Part shown: positions 1 to 13,800 of the stretch, one piece after another
How the letters are laid out: each line of letters starts with the position of its first letter
Position numbering within the stretch: the first letter of the stretch is position 1
Source of the DNA: Paragordius varius
Taxonomy: Eukaryota; Animalia; Nematomorpha
Assembly (NCBI GenBank): GCA_964247055.1
Contig: OZ176057.1
Span: 3,782,001 to 3,846,000 of the forward strand
DNA: 64,000 nt
Direction: 5' to 3'
Made by a program: the position numbers and the translations under genes
The notes under the pieces: model-generated
Database searches by the model: none
What the model was told of the DNA's origin: nothing
The model's input: only the letters and a program-made list of their open reading frames with translations

Positions 1-1794
1 AGAAGCTTGATTATGTAAGAATTCTAACCATATTTTTGAAGAATCACTTTCAAAAAACTTTTTTAAAGTTGTAGGACATTTGTCCAGTGATAAAAAAATG
101 ATTTTAAAGGATCATACATTTTTAAAATTCTTTCGATAACTGGCATAAAAGCTAACCAACGAGTTTTACAATATCCAAGCATTTTTTGATATTGTTGCAT
201 TTTCAGAGAATTCCTTAAGCGTTTCAACGCGTCCGTGTATATATTAACATAGGAATATATTTTAACAACTACATTTTTCACATCTAGGGGTAACAATCAG
301 CAGTTGTTTGAATAGCGTTGTGTATTATATGCGCTGCACACCCAACGCCAATAATGTTTTGATTAAGATTATCTGTTAATTTATGATAAATATTTTTTGT
401 TCCCCTCCTTGCTTTTCCACCAAAGTTCGTATTGGTGTTGTCAGCGCAATATGCGATAATTTTGTCTTTTTAAACTATTTTTTCTAGAATATGCATTATT
501 GAAGTAAATATTATTTCGGAATTTTCACCGGGTAGAGAAATTAAATCTAAAATTTTAATTTTTACTCCCGTTTCTGAATCCAAATATCTTATTAAAGTGG
601 GAAATAATTTTGTTTCATGGTGATTTGATACATCAGAGTATAGGGATAAGAAATTAATTTTCAGCAAATCTTTTTCTATTTCGGAAAATATGTGGTGAAA
701 GGACATTGTATACAATCGCTTCACCCTTTGTTCGAGCACATGTAAATTTATAAGGTACGAATAACCTGAGATCAAGGATTAAAATATTTTATTATATTTA
801 TAATGTATTTTTGTGAAAAATAAATATTAAAATAATTTTTTTTTATAAAAATTTTTGGTTGTAGCCCCCCCATTTATAGAATAACGTGCGAATAACTTGT
901 GAGGTACAGTCCATAGATCTATAGGAATGATTGTGATAAACGGCGTGAAAAAATAAAACACCTTCGGCTAATGCCAAATTCTTTTCTTCCTTTCAAAAGC
1001 GGTTCGATAAAAATCGCTCATTCTGTAAGATGATGCCGCCATATCCAAACATTTTTTTATGTTTCTGTGTTTCCATATGCTTTGTAATATCATGCTTGCC
1101 GCCATGTTCTAGGGTGAATTCCCCCTCGCATAAAAAACATTTAACAAATGATTCAAACTTCGTTTTGATAAAAGGAAATTCTTTCATTAATTTATCGTTG
1201 AATTTAAAACCTCTTTTTGTACTCATATTTATAAACTACTATTAGTATAATAAATATTATATTACCTTAATTTTCTGGAATAAACGTGTAAGGTACCGAT
1301 TTGTGGTATCATTTTGTCTTTTAAGCTACCGATTTGTGGTATTAATTTGGATTTTTAATAATGTTGGCAAGTAATAAACTAAAATATTAGTATAATAAAT
1401 ATTATATTACCTTAATATTCTGAAATAAACGTGTAAGCTACCGATTTGTGGTATTAATAAGTCTTTTAATCTAGAGATTTGTGGTATCAACTTGGCTTTT
1501 TGATAATGATGTCAGTAGTAGTAAAAAGCAGAGTGTATAATCATATGATATAAATTCGAAAAAAATAAATATTTTTAATTTAAAAATAAAAAATTTTAAT
1601 TTAAAATTGAATAGATTTTATATATATTTTATGATAAAAAATTTAAACGGATAAAAAAAATTTATTTGTATTAAAAAAAATTTTTTTTTCGATAATCGTG
1701 AAAAAGCGGGACATTTTTAAAACGTGGCGAGACGCGGGACAAAGTGTGAAAAAGCGGGACTGTCCCGCCAAAAGCGGGACGTCTGGTCACCTTA
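1..1794 (-). mobile_element. hAT (Blackjack-like) DNA transposon, copy 1; left part outside the window
   Basis: TIR TCTGGTCACCTTA at 1782-1794, GCGGGAC subterminal motifs and a ~135-bp subterminal duplication (~1235-1500). Homologous along its length to the full copy at 50977-53489. Confidence 0.9.
63..1226 (-). pseudogene. Frameshifted hAT transposase fragments
   Basis: ORFs 993-1226 (CFLC...HMETQKH zinc-finger-like), 470-775 (SLYSDVSNH, first catalytic Asp region) and 63-296 (LGYCKTRWL, hAT TRW motif) lie in different frames. Confidence 0.85.
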
Positions 1795-1912
1795 TGTATG
1801 GAAAAAACAACAAAATGTTGAACAATCTTTTTCTTTCTTTTACCCATACACTCCTCTGAAGCAAATTGCCCTACTATAGTTGTGAAATAAGCAAACATTA
1901 AAATGCATTTTG
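1795..1912. mobile_element. Right half of a family-D palindromic MITE, interrupted by the hAT element
   Basis: TGTATGGAAAAAACAACAAAATGTTG...GTGAAATAAGC...AATGC matches the right part of the copies at 26613-26800 and 62389-62550. Confidence 0.6.
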
Positions 1913-1958
1913 TATTTGATCGCCAATGTATTTTTTTCTTTTCCACAATCACGATTAA

Positions 1959-2539
1959 CACTTCGATTCAAATTGGGGTATCTAAATACCCCAGACTAAA
2001 TTTAAATTAAAATTTTTAAAAAACTACTGAAGGAAACGGTCCCAATTTAAATTTATGCTTCTATCCTGATAAATATTATATAAATATGCCAAAATATCTT
2101 GATAAAATTTTGTTTTGAAAAAAAAGTTCCATCTCAAACTACTTCGACGCCATTTTTATTTAACAAAAATTTTGCAAAATATCGTCTTCATTTAATTTTA
2201 AGGGTAAAACTAAAGCTTATTTTTTATATAAATTACATCTAACATTGATAGAAATAGAAAAAGCGGTTTATTTGTATTATTTTCTAATTATACAATTTGA
2301 CACATGTCACGTTGACTAAATTTTTACCTTTCAGTTTTAGCTCAAAATAAGTAATATCAAGTATTTTTTAATAAAATTTTTTATATATTTCGGTTTATTA
2401 ATGTTATATAAGTGCAAAATTTTGCCATGGTTTCGATTGCTTCCATACTTTTTAAAGTATTTAATTTTAAACAGGCCTGGGGTATCCAACTACCCCAATT
2501 TGAATCGAAGGACTAAAATGAGTGTGTTGTATCCAAGTG
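1959..2539. mobile_element. Non-autonomous TTAA-flanked element (piggyBac- or Chapaev-like), copy 1
   Basis: TTAA|CACTT...AAGTG|TTAA with subterminal inverted repeat CTTCGATTCAAATTGGGGTA. An inverted near-identical copy lies at 49696-50277. Confidence 0.8.
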
Positions 2540-2861
2540 TTAAAAATGTAACAACTATAAAAAATATGAAAAATAATAAGTTTGAAACAAAAAAAGTCGT
2601 TTGGGTTGTACATGTCTGTTGTCATGTTTGAAATTTTTTATTTTATTAGTTACATATTTATTAAGCCCTAAATTATTTTCCCCACAATTTTCAAAAATGT
2701 TACAACTTATTAAAACGAAAAATCTGGTGACATGTAAACCAAATACATTTTTACCCATTTATATTACAGATATGGCCTATAATAATGCACGTTACTGTAA
2801 TTTCCCTTAAAGCCAATTACAAAAAGCAAAATGTCCAATAATAGTATTCGTTTATTTATAT

Positions 2862-3133
2862 TAGGGGTGTCCTACACAATTGCTTTTGCGGGCCGCATAA
2901 AATTATACGGGCTGTATTCGAAATATATGTGGACATTTATAATTATTTTTTTAGAATTTAACCATAAGACTTCAAAGAGAAAACGGGATGTAACAATTGT
3001 TTCTTATTCTTGCTATTTGAATAGCTTTCTTTAAAAAAATTGTCTAAGGAATATCAATTTTATCAAGAATTTGTTAACATGATTTTGTTTTTTTGCAAAT
3101 TATGGATATTTTTTGCGGGCCGCATCACTCCCG
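2862..3133. mobile_element. Degenerate hAT-Charlie-like MITE
   Basis: TAGGGGTGTCCTACAC start and GCGGGCCGCA motifs, shared with 41105-41342 and 53617-53890. Confidence 0.4.
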
Positions 3134-3140
3134 GTATATA

Positions 3141-3367
3141 CAGTCATATATCCTTTGTTTTATCAAAAATTTATTTTTGTTTCATAAATGGGTATAAATA
3201 TTTGGTAAAGAATGGAAATAACAGGAGCTCTATAGTATTAACAATATCATATTCATCAAAAATATAAAAATTACCATCGGGCTTTTGTTTTTCCATTCTT
3301 TACCAAATATTTATACCCATTTATGAAACAAAAATAAATTTTTGATAAAACAAAGGATTCATGACTG
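3141..3367. mobile_element. Tc1/mariner-type palindromic MITE (family F)
   Basis: TA|CAGTCAT...ATGACTG|TA. Arms of ~85 bp include a ~69-bp perfect inverted core. Confidence 0.8.
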
Positions 3368-3434
3368 TATATATATAATGAATGGTAATTAGTTTACCAA
3401 ATCATGTAAAAATAATATAAAAAAGTGTACCAAC

Positions 3435-6400
3435 CTATTCTGGTTATACAAGCGCGTGTAATGTTAAGTACGGACATAACATTAACGTTGACCAGGTCAG
3501 TGCAAAATTTGTATCCATCTTTGGACAAAAAAAACAAAAAATAATAAACATTATATATATAGAAAAATTATATTACTTAATTACTACAATAGTAAGTAGC
3601 GTATGGTATAAAAGAAAGTTTGTACATAATTAAATATTTAAACATAGGATACAAAATTGTTCGAATTCAACCATTTGTTGTTTGTTATACCATAGGGTAA
3701 TGTTTAATAAAAAGCATTACAAGTGGTTTAAAATAAATTTTTTTTATAAAATATTGCCGTTTTCTCCTTTAAAACACTTGGGAAATTCTGCCTCTGAACA
3801 AATAAAATGATGGTATATGGTAAAATTTAAAATGTAATTTATTTGGCTTTCGCATTATCACTTTTAAGAGTTATAAATATAAAATGGTCCTTTTAATTTA
3901 TTTTAGCATATATATATTAATTTATATTCACCCTTGAACAACTCATATTCACCCTCAAACAATTCAAATTCAACCTAAAAGAAATGTGTTTTTTTTTAAT
4001 TTAAAATTATTTATATTTTTTTATTTCTAATGAAATTTTGTTTAAAATTAATATAATACAGATAAAATAATAAACTATGTCGTAAAAACATATTTCATAT
4101 TAATGATGAATATTAGCTCGAAAACACATTTTTTAGGGTGAATTTGAATTGTTCAAAAATAATTAAAATTGTAAATGGTATATATATATATATATATATA
4201 TATATTCACATTTTGGTATAAACCCTTTCTTGAATAAAACATTATAAATTTAAAGGATCATCCTCATATAATTATTCAAAGGTAATAAAATGTTAAAGTT
4301 AATGACAAAAGTAAAAATGAGTTAATATTTTTCTCAAAAGTTGTGGTCAGGTGGAAGCGGTTAAATATTGGCTTATAGGCTTAATACTAATTTAATAATC
4401 ATATAGAAACCAATTAACAAGATATAATAAAATAATGACAACAAAGTACATCTAGCATTCACTCCATGATCTTTTGGGGTGGTTTTATATCCCAGAGCGA
4501 TTAATTTAAACTTAAAAAATTTTTAAAGTATTAAGTCGAATTTAAAAATAGGCTTTCTTTAGCCTTTTAGCGCCATATTGAATTTTTTATAAAATGTAAA
4601 ATTGTAAAAAAATCCTCATCTCCTTTTTTGCCGCCATTTTTTAAGGTGTTTTCAATAGCTAATGGTTAGAAAGTACAAATAATTAACTATAAAAAACTTT
4701 CAAGCAAAATTTGATATATATTGATTATAAAATCAGCTATTCGTTTCAATCGCTTTTGGAGGTGTTCCAATTTTGGACTGTACAAAACTGTAAAAAATAT
4801 AAGCTTTATTATCTGCTACATGAAAACAATGTTAACTTATAAAATCATATAAAACTACACCAATATGTAAACTAGAAAAAGAAAAAGTAAATGGCGTTTG
4901 TTAAACAATAAATAAGATTTGATTCAATTAACATTTTTTTCATACTTTACTAATACGTATAAAGTATGGTTTAGGAAATTATATTTAAACGATAATTAGT
5001 TATTATTTTAAAACCAAATGTATAATTTGTGTAAGACTCGATGTACTGATAGATATTAAAACATATTAATCGTTATCTGTTAAGATAAAAAACTATTCTT
5101 ATAAAAAAATAATTGACTTGTATTTTAAGAAAACTAATTTACCTGGAATGTCCCCAAAAAGGGTTGGTTTATCATACGAAACTCCAGCGTTATTTACAAT
5201 GACCCTTAAATTCTTATAAATCGGCACCGGAGATTCAGATTCGGTTTTTTTCTCCGGCAACGATAATAATAGTTCCTCTATCACCTGATCAACCGTTTGG
5301 CCGTCGGTTGCCTTTGAAAAATCCAATACGCCAGTTAATATCCATTCATCCGGGCTTTTATTTCCGCCATCTTCTTTACGTTGAGACAGACGAGTTTCCT
5401 TAACCCTTGAATCATTCATGATGTCTTGCTTAGTATTGTGTAATTTGTCAGACGATCGCCCAATCAAAATAAGGTTAAACCCAAGACGGGCCAACCAAAG
5501 GGCATAAGCTTTTCCAATCCCATCGGTCGCACCTAAACACATATGATTGTTTGTTTGTTGCAACAATATTTGATAAAGAATTAATGTGTGACAAATTTGT
5601 CTAGACTTGAAACGTTATTAAAAATTACATTACACTTTACGACAATAAGGGGGTGTAATTTTGTCTAGTAGTTAACTTTCTTTAAAACAAAAATACCATT
5701 TACAATTAAAATTCATCCTTAGACAATTTAAACAATTCAAATTCACCCTCAAATAAATTATATGTTTTTTTCAGATTAAAAATTACCTATATTTTTATAT
5801 ATTGTAAAAAAATAAACTATGCAATAAACACATATTTATATTAATAATGAATATTAGTTCGAAAACACATAATAAATTATTAGGGTGAATTTGAATGTTT
5901 TAAGGGTGAATTTATATTGTTGGAGGGTGAATTTGACCTGTAAAGAGTATATTTTACATTTTCTGCTATGAGTCACCGTAAAATTGAATAGTTATTGCAA
6001 ACCGACCAGTTCTAAATATTGTTTGTTATCACGCTTCATAAGCCCACTAAAGAACTTATTTCTGTTTAAAAAAAACGCATCTTAGCGTGAAAATTAATAA
6101 ACAATAAATAGTGCGATTATTATTGTATTAACATTATATATTTTTAAAAACCTATAAAAATATTGTTGCATGAAACCTATATGTTCATTTCTAATGTAAT
6201 CACTGAATTTCCTATTTTATTAATTAATAAACAGGATATGTTCCCCGATTATTAAGGAGATCGTGATTAATATATATACTAATTTAACTAAAATCCATAT
6301 TACCTAAAAAAACTATTTTAAGCCACATATTGGATATATTGATTCAATTAATATGTAAATTTAACCACTATAAATCATCACGATATTCCTTTTTAAACCA

Positions 6401-7628
6401 TATTGTAAACATATCACTTAAACGGATAATTTTGCAATATATTTGTTACACATAGGAATAAATAAAATTTAATTCACTATCCCTGAAAAGATTTAAAAAG
6501 CTCGCAGTAAAGATAAAAGTTTGTATACGTTTATTGGATTAACTGTGTAAAATATGCAATCAAAATTTTAACCTTGGTGCGGTCATTGGCTAAATAAAAC
6601 TACTTAATTATATTATAATTTAATAAATATAATAAATAGTTTGTTGAAACATTGTATAAAATAAATCAATTTTCAAAATAATTAAGTTAAGGGACTAATT
6701 TTTGGTATTTTTATCATTTATTTATTAATACTAAATGCTTGCATAAAAAATATCATTTTTACATAATGAAGAGGTCAAAATAATATGACATAATTAATTT
6801 TAATATGTATGTAAGAAAAGTTTGTCTTTAAGCAAATAAATTTGGGAAATATGGACACTTTAAATCAGTATTTATTATCCAAAAAAAATTTAAAACGCAA
6901 AAAATAGTTATCTTGTATTAAGGAACGTGTACTTTACAGTATGAGTAAGTATAAATATATGTTGCTAGAAAGTTATTAATTATTGCCAAATAGCATATGC
7001 AGCAAAGAGAATTATTATTGGCTAATAATGGTAAAAAGTGAAAAAAATAACTATAAGTCAATAATACTGCCCTTTGTTATACATGCAATTTGGCAATAAT
7101 GAAAAACTTTCTAGCAATCATACTTAAATTACTCATACTGTAATATTTGTTTGACACATTTGCAGATATATATACTCAAAATAAATATAATAAAAAATAA
7201 AAGTCATAAAAGTAATATTTGTAGGACCACTGACCCGTGGGCCGCGGTATGGGAACCACTGATTTATGTTGCGAAATTGCCAGTTAAGAAAACTAATATT
7301 TCAAATAGTGAGAGCACCAACTTTTTAGTTAAAGTTCAAATTTTTTGGGTGGTAATTAAATAAAATTATAAATTTCAAATAACACGGGTCATATAGATGT
7401 TTGCACACAAAGATAAAATAGCCTCAAATTTTATATTTAATAAATAGAAAAAAGAACATGTTTACCTGTAACGAGAGCCCATGCATCAGGTGAATAATTT
7501 AAATTTTTTTTCAATAAATATATACTATTATTAAAAAAATATTTTGCATAAATATATATAAAAATATGATCCCACAATAGTTTAAAAACGATAATAAAAA
7601 ATAATATGGCTGGGATGATAAAAAACAT
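3435..7628 (-). CDS. HSD17B12: HSD17B12/KAR-like short-chain dehydrogenase (very-long-chain 3-oxoacyl-CoA reductase family), 3'-partial
   Basis: Exons 7628-7466, 5532-5143 and 3518-3435 join in phase. N-terminal hydrophobic anchor, then WALVTG|ATDGIGKAYA, IVNNAGVSY and DIP|DGYKFCTDLVNVNVMSVLNIT. The catalytic YxxxK exon was not found. The symbol is the closest family member I recognise; HSD17B3/HSDL1 are not excluded. Confidence 0.85.
3910..4180. mobile_element. Family-A 21-bp foldback element (A1)
   Basis: Inverted GAACAATTCAAATTCACCC units. The right end AAATGGTA|TA runs into a (TA)n tract. Confidence 0.75.
4467..4870. mobile_element. MITE family I, copy 1
   Basis: TIR-like TTTTGGGGTGGTTTTATATCCCAGAGC...ATAAAACTACACCAATATG. 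Second copy at 33120-33563. Confidence 0.65.
5694..5949. mobile_element. Family-A 21-bp foldback element (A2)
   Basis: TACCATTTACAATT start, inverted 21-bp units and the shared AT-rich spacer. Confidence 0.75.
6937..7140. mobile_element. Tc1/mariner-type MITE family E, copy 1
   Basis: TA|CAGTATGAGTAA...TTACTCATACTG|TA. Second copy at 26823-27038. Confidence 0.75.
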
Positions 7629-7807
7629 GCTTGGCAGATGTAACCTATACTTTAAAACTGCGTAAATGTTTTAAAAAATAATTATAAAATAATTAAACAA
7701 AATTATATTTAATATTCTCAGCTAAAGGAAAAATTCTTTTTATTCAAATGTTTCTGGGTTTGTGAATGAATTTGAATTTTAAGCCATCGGGTAAACATTG
7801 TTTTCTA
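7629..7807. promoter_or_regulatory. 179-bp head-to-head interval (putative bidirectional promoter) between the SDR and MAP2K4 start codons
   Basis: Divergent ATGs at 7628 (-) and 7808 (+). Promoter function is inferred from the geometry only. Confidence 0.55.
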
Positions 7808-10800
7808 ATGAATTTAGAAAAACGCAAAAAGTTGAATATAGATTTCGCATCAAGATTATATAAAAATACATCACCTTTGACCAATTCATTCGATGCCTTA
7901 AGGTATACACTTAATTATAAAATATAGTTTACGACAGACAGCTTTTGTCACAGGGAAACTTAAACTATCACCCGAGATCGTATAATTTAAAATTTAATTA
8001 CATATGTTAGTCTTATGAATTTAAAATAGAGGACCTTAAAGATTTGGGGGAAATTGGTCGCGGTTCATATGGAGCAGTTAATAAAATGTTACATAAAAAG
8101 AGTTCGACTTATTTGGCCGTTAAGGTTACTATTTTGAATTTAATTAGTAAATTAAAAAACTTTTTATATAAATTTTTTAAATAATATAATTTAGAGAATC
8201 CGATGTAGTATGAATGAAAAAGAACAAAGTCAGATACTTATGGATTTGGAGGTTGTTTTGAAAAGCAATGATTGCCCATACATTGTTCAATTTTATGGGG
8301 CGATGTTTAAAGAGGTAATCTTAGCAAATAATAAATATTAACTTTTTCATATTCAAATTTTTTTTTAAAAAATATTTAATAATATATAAAAATCATTGGA
8401 AAATATTTCCTTTTCTCAAACTGAGGATTCATAATTATCCAAAAAATAGTAATTTGTCGCGAATTTTATTCTAGTTTAAACAATATTTTAACAAAAAGTT
8501 TCTTAAGTTTAGTTGTTAAAAAATTTTTAATTTTGCAAATAAATATATAAAGAGCTATTATCTGATTTTTTATCCAAAACCTATTTTAGGGTGATTGTTG
8601 GATATGTATGCAATTGATGGACACATGCTTAGATAAATTCTATAAATATGTTTATAACACGGCACAAAGCTATATTCCAGAACATATAATATCTAAAATT
8701 ACATATGATGTAAGTCTTTCTTTACTATGGGATATTAACTTTTTTTCTAGAATTATTGCAGTTTAATTTTATGTATATCTATCATTTTAGACCTTACAAG
8801 CCTTAAACTATCTCAAAGAATCTTTGAATATCATACATAGAGGTAAATATTGTAAAAATTTAAGGTGAATTTTTAACCATTTTCCGACATTGCTTTATCA
8901 GCTCTTTCGAACATTTTTTTAATTAAGCTTTTTCGTATTTGTAAATTTAAAATTTTTTACCGTGTTTTTGTGTTAGATTTTAAGCTGTTCCACATTTTTT
9001 TGCCTATTATTGAAAGTAGTCATGAATACTTTTAGAATTTTTCTCAAAAACATGTTTTTCTTTTATAACGAGGGATTTAAAAATGTAAATTTGTCTATAA
9101 AACATATATGACAATTCATCAAACGTTGAGGATTTACAATTTATTTTTCATTTATTACTTAACCCTATTTACTATGTTTTCGAGGGTCAAAATGAGTTTT
9201 TTTCATAATTTTTTAACAAATCTATCCATTTTTCCCTTTACTATTGATTTTGAAATTCGTTTTAAGATTTCAAAAAAAAATTATCTGCTTTAGATATAAA
9301 ACCGTCAAACATTTTGTTAAATGTTGAAGGTCAAGTCAAACTTTGTGATTTTGGGATTGCGGGGCGATTGGTTGATTCCATCGCTAAAACACGTGATGCC
9401 GGATGCCAACCTTATATGGCTGTAAGAAATACTTTTATTTTTATATTTCAATCACCTTAAAACTAAAAGACATTTATATTTTTTAACTTTGAAAAAAATA
9501 TTATTTATCGTTTTATACTTTAAAATAAGGAATTGAGATGGAAAATGGTATAAAATACGCAATAAAATATGTCAATTTTAATTATTTTATGTAGGGGATA
9601 ACATACTTAAAAAATATCTATGTGTTTTTAGTTAACGAATTTTTAGCAAAATCGAAATTGGTTTTGAATAGGCATTTGACAGATGTTAGCATAAAGTCCT
9701 TTTTAGGTCAAATGTTTTTTTCAAGGTTATTTATCGCGTATATATAAAAATATTATGAATAACACTGGACAACAAATTTTTCTGCCATTCGAGTTTTTTG
9801 AATTTTCTGATATTTAGTATCATTTTAGCAGAAAATCTGAAATAAAAATTATAACTCGTTTAAAGAATTTTGTATAATTTGATTTTTTTGATTATGCGCC
9901 CTCTTTATCAAAATTTTACTAAAAAATATTTTTCTTTCAAAATATACAAGTAATGCCCATTTGTAATATATCATTCGAAAGAGTAATAAAAACTCTATAA
10001 AATTCATACTAATATGTATTACATCGACAGTTAATATTGGACACAAAGAGCGACAAACGCGCGAAGCGAGAGCATTTTTTTTAATTATTATATTTTTAAA
10101 ACTAATGGATGAAAATAGCTCAAACTTTGTTTAGATGGTGATGAATGTCCAAAAAAGATAACACAAGAAAGTTTTTTTGATTAAAACATTTTTTTATTGC
10201 TTTTATGTCACTCAAAACAGCCATTTTTAAGTTTTTTGTTTTTTAAAAACTACCATCTCATCAATATTAATTTATTTTCTTTATAATGCTGATAATTTCC
10301 AAATTTTAAAGATAAAAACAAAGTTTAAGGTATTTTTGCTCTTTTATAGGCATTATGGAATAAATTTACAGTTATAACTATGCATTTTAGTATCCACTAG
10401 GTAAAAAATTTATGATAATAATAATTTTTATTAAAAAAGCAAGCCAAAAGCTTTTTCAAACATTTTTTTTAAATTAAATACTAATATAACCCTAATAATT
10501 ATATTAAAATAATTTATATGATTTTCAAATTAGTTTGTCTGTGAAAATTCTTGACTTATTTAAGGATTGAAAATTTCGACCATTTAAATCCAAATAACTT
10601 TTAAATCCGATTGATTTAAATGACTTACTACCATTTAAAAAATGCAGTTTTTTGCGCTCTTTCGAATGATATAAAATACTTGGCTTTATATCTAAAACCT
10701 TTAATTTTCGAAATTTTGAGTTTAATGTTAAATCGGGGCCAAAAATTATCGATAAACTCTAATAGAAAAAAATTCTTCCATGCTAGACCAATTTTCTTTT

Positions 10801-13800
10801 CAGATATATTAATTATGTATTTTAATGACATAAATTTTAAATTTACAAGAATGGCAGTTAAAAAAAAGTTAAAATTTGTTGTCTAGTGTAATTATAAAGA
10901 TATACCATTTACAGTTCAAATTCACCCTCGAACAATTCAAATTTACCCTAAAAAAGAATTATGTGTTTTCGAATTATTATATTTTTTTTTAATATAAAAT
11001 GCATCTTTATGGCATAGTTTATTATTTTTTCCGTTTTGATTTAATTTTATTTTTTTCTAATATATTAAAATAGGTAATTTTCAATTTTAATAAATAATTT
11101 ATATGTGGGTGAATTTGATTTGTTCAAAGGTGAATTTTAATTGTTCAAGGGTAAATTTGAATTGTTTAAGGGTGAATTTTAATTGTAAATGGTATATATG
11201 CGAATATTCGATGGCCTAAATAATATAGAGTTGTATAAAATTATTCCTTTTTTGTCAAAGATTTAACCTTTCTTATTTCTATTATTTCAACAATTTCAAA
11301 ACATAATTTTGAAGACTTTCAAATCCAAAAAGATTGAATTGTTATCCAATTTTCCAAAAATAATTATCAAAACTTTATAAAAATAATTAATTTTCAAAAA
11401 ATTTCAATTCAGCTTGAGTGGACATATCCAAATATTTCTTTCAATGGCATTTGCGGTGAAACATATAAAACCTTTAAATAGTAAATGAAAAAAATATAGT
11501 TTACCAAAAAATCTAAACTCTATTAAACATTTTGTCAAAAATAAGTTTTAACATTTTTTATAATGCCATCTTTAACCTTCTAAAAAAACTTATTTATCTT
11601 AAGAGAATAGATTCATATTTCTATTAAGAGATGGCGTCTAAAGTGATGTAAATTTACTTTATGTCGCAAAAAATTCTTAATTTGTCAAACTTTCAACAGA
11701 TTCGAAACAAAAAACCTTAAACCTTTTGGCGTCAGGAATAAAAATATTAAAATTTTTTGGAAATAAACTATCAAAAAAATTTAGTCTGAAGAAATAGATA
11801 TAATTTTCCTTAGCTTAGGAAAAAACCCATTAAAACACTAAAGGAAATAAAAAATACTTATTCTTCAAAATTCATATAACCATTTATGAAAAAAAAATTT
11901 TTTTTACAAATTTTTCTTAGCCCGAAAGAATAGATCCAACATTTCCTAGCTCAGGCTATGGTGTCCGGAGTGATGTTTGGAGTCTTGGGATAACTCTTAT
12001 AGAAGTTTGCCAGGGAACTTTTCCATACCCCAAATGGAGTTCGGTTTTTGAACAGCTGGCTCAAATAGTTCATGGACCAGCACCTCAATTAAGTACGAAT
12101 TATAAAATTAATCAATTAATGAATTTTAACTATATGTTAAAAACATATATATATGGCGCATTTAAAAATGTAGAGATATGTTAATTGAGAAATTTAAATA
12201 ATAATATCTGTTTTATTTTGTCAAAATTTTAATTTTTTACATTAGATTATGCTATATCAAAAACTAAATTTTATATTGATACAGTAAAAATTGGAATTAT
12301 AGAGATGGCAAAACATAAAAAATTCTAAAAACAGCCATACTGTTTTGAACAAAGCACGTTTAATTTTATCTAAAAAAACCTAGAGGATGCAATTACAATC
12401 AGGATATTTATTACCAATTTATATCTCTCTAGCTTAATGTGACCAGATAGGCTGTTTTTAGCAGTACAGTACTGGATTTTCAGATAAAAACTGCGACTGT
12501 ACTGCGCCCACTTTTGTACTGCTTTTTAAAATTAAAAAAAATTAAATTTTTATAAAAATATAAAATTTTTTAGAATTTGATATAGTACCTACTGTAAAAA
12601 TAACCCCATAATTTGTAAAGAAATGGTTCATTTCGCGGTAAAAAAACTAAGATTGGCCTATTTTTAATTGGTCAATATTTTATTTCTCCTCGAATTATAC
12701 ATAAAATTGAATTTTGGATTGGTCAAACCGCTTATAATTGCAGCCTTTCGCCCAATGGCGAACTATAAATCTCAAACTTCACCGTAAGATTCAGGATAAT
12801 GCCTCTTTCACTCAGGGCTTTCGCAAAAAAAAATGTTTGATCAAGGTTAGAAAGTTCATTTTTTGTTATAATTATCAAACGGAATATTATATAGAATATT
12901 GTTATTTCCTTAACTATTATATTTAAAATTTACTATATATGGCATATGATTTCGAAACAAATTTTTTTAGTAAAAATTAAAAGTTTTTATGTTTTTTATA
13001 CTCATTAGGTGAGAGGTATGATATTACTTATTTTTTTTAAACTTTAATTTTTATTAGTTTTCTTATTTTTTTGCATAAACAAATTTGAGTTTTGTTGAAG
13101 CATACTTCAAAGTATTTTGAAGCATGATGGAAACGGTATAACGCTTTAAGATATAAAAACTTTTTTTCTAAATAAATCGATGATGTTGAACATTATTATA
13201 GGTTCAGAAATTTAATTTAAAGGTTTGTTTGCCAGCAAATTTTGGTGAATTTTGTAAAAAAACAATTTTTATTTAACATAAGTTTGAAAACGAACGAATA
13301 TTTTGAGCAAAATTCTGAATGAGAAAAATGGTTAGCATTATTGAATTTTATTTATATAAAATGTTATAACACAACTAGGGTTGTGCATTTGACTGCTTTT
13401 TCAAAGTCAGGTCAGACCCGGTCAGACCACGGTCATGACCATTTTACCTAAGTAAATACCATGCGATATTGGATTGTGGAATTACTTCTGAATTTTCAAA
13501 TACCTCGCTTTTAATACTGGATATTTCAAATAAAATTTTTCCTGTTTCTTTTACACTTTATAAAATGTTTTTTTATTTTATTAGTTAACATATATGGAAT
13601 AATTGAATATTTTATAAAAAGTTGGATTGTTTTTTTCGAAATAATTGGAAATGCTTAAATGCTAATGTTTTAAGGATGAATGTTTAACATTTTAAATTTT
13701 TAAATAAGCAAATTTAAATATTTATATATTTTTTTATAATATATTAAAAAATAACTTACTATTTTTCTTCCAAAAATAATTACCAGCAATTTTTCAAAAA

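Noticed and set aside
2700-3050. Candidate SDR exons 4-5 (DNFFKESY... near 2963-3043; GHICNING microexon near 2755-2777)
   Set aside because: Open and phase-compatible, but with no convincing homology. The first overlaps a Charlie-like MITE.
7785-7800. GGGTAAACATTG resembling a nematode SL RNA donor
   Set aside because: No spliced-leader exon sequence, stem-loops or Sm site around it.
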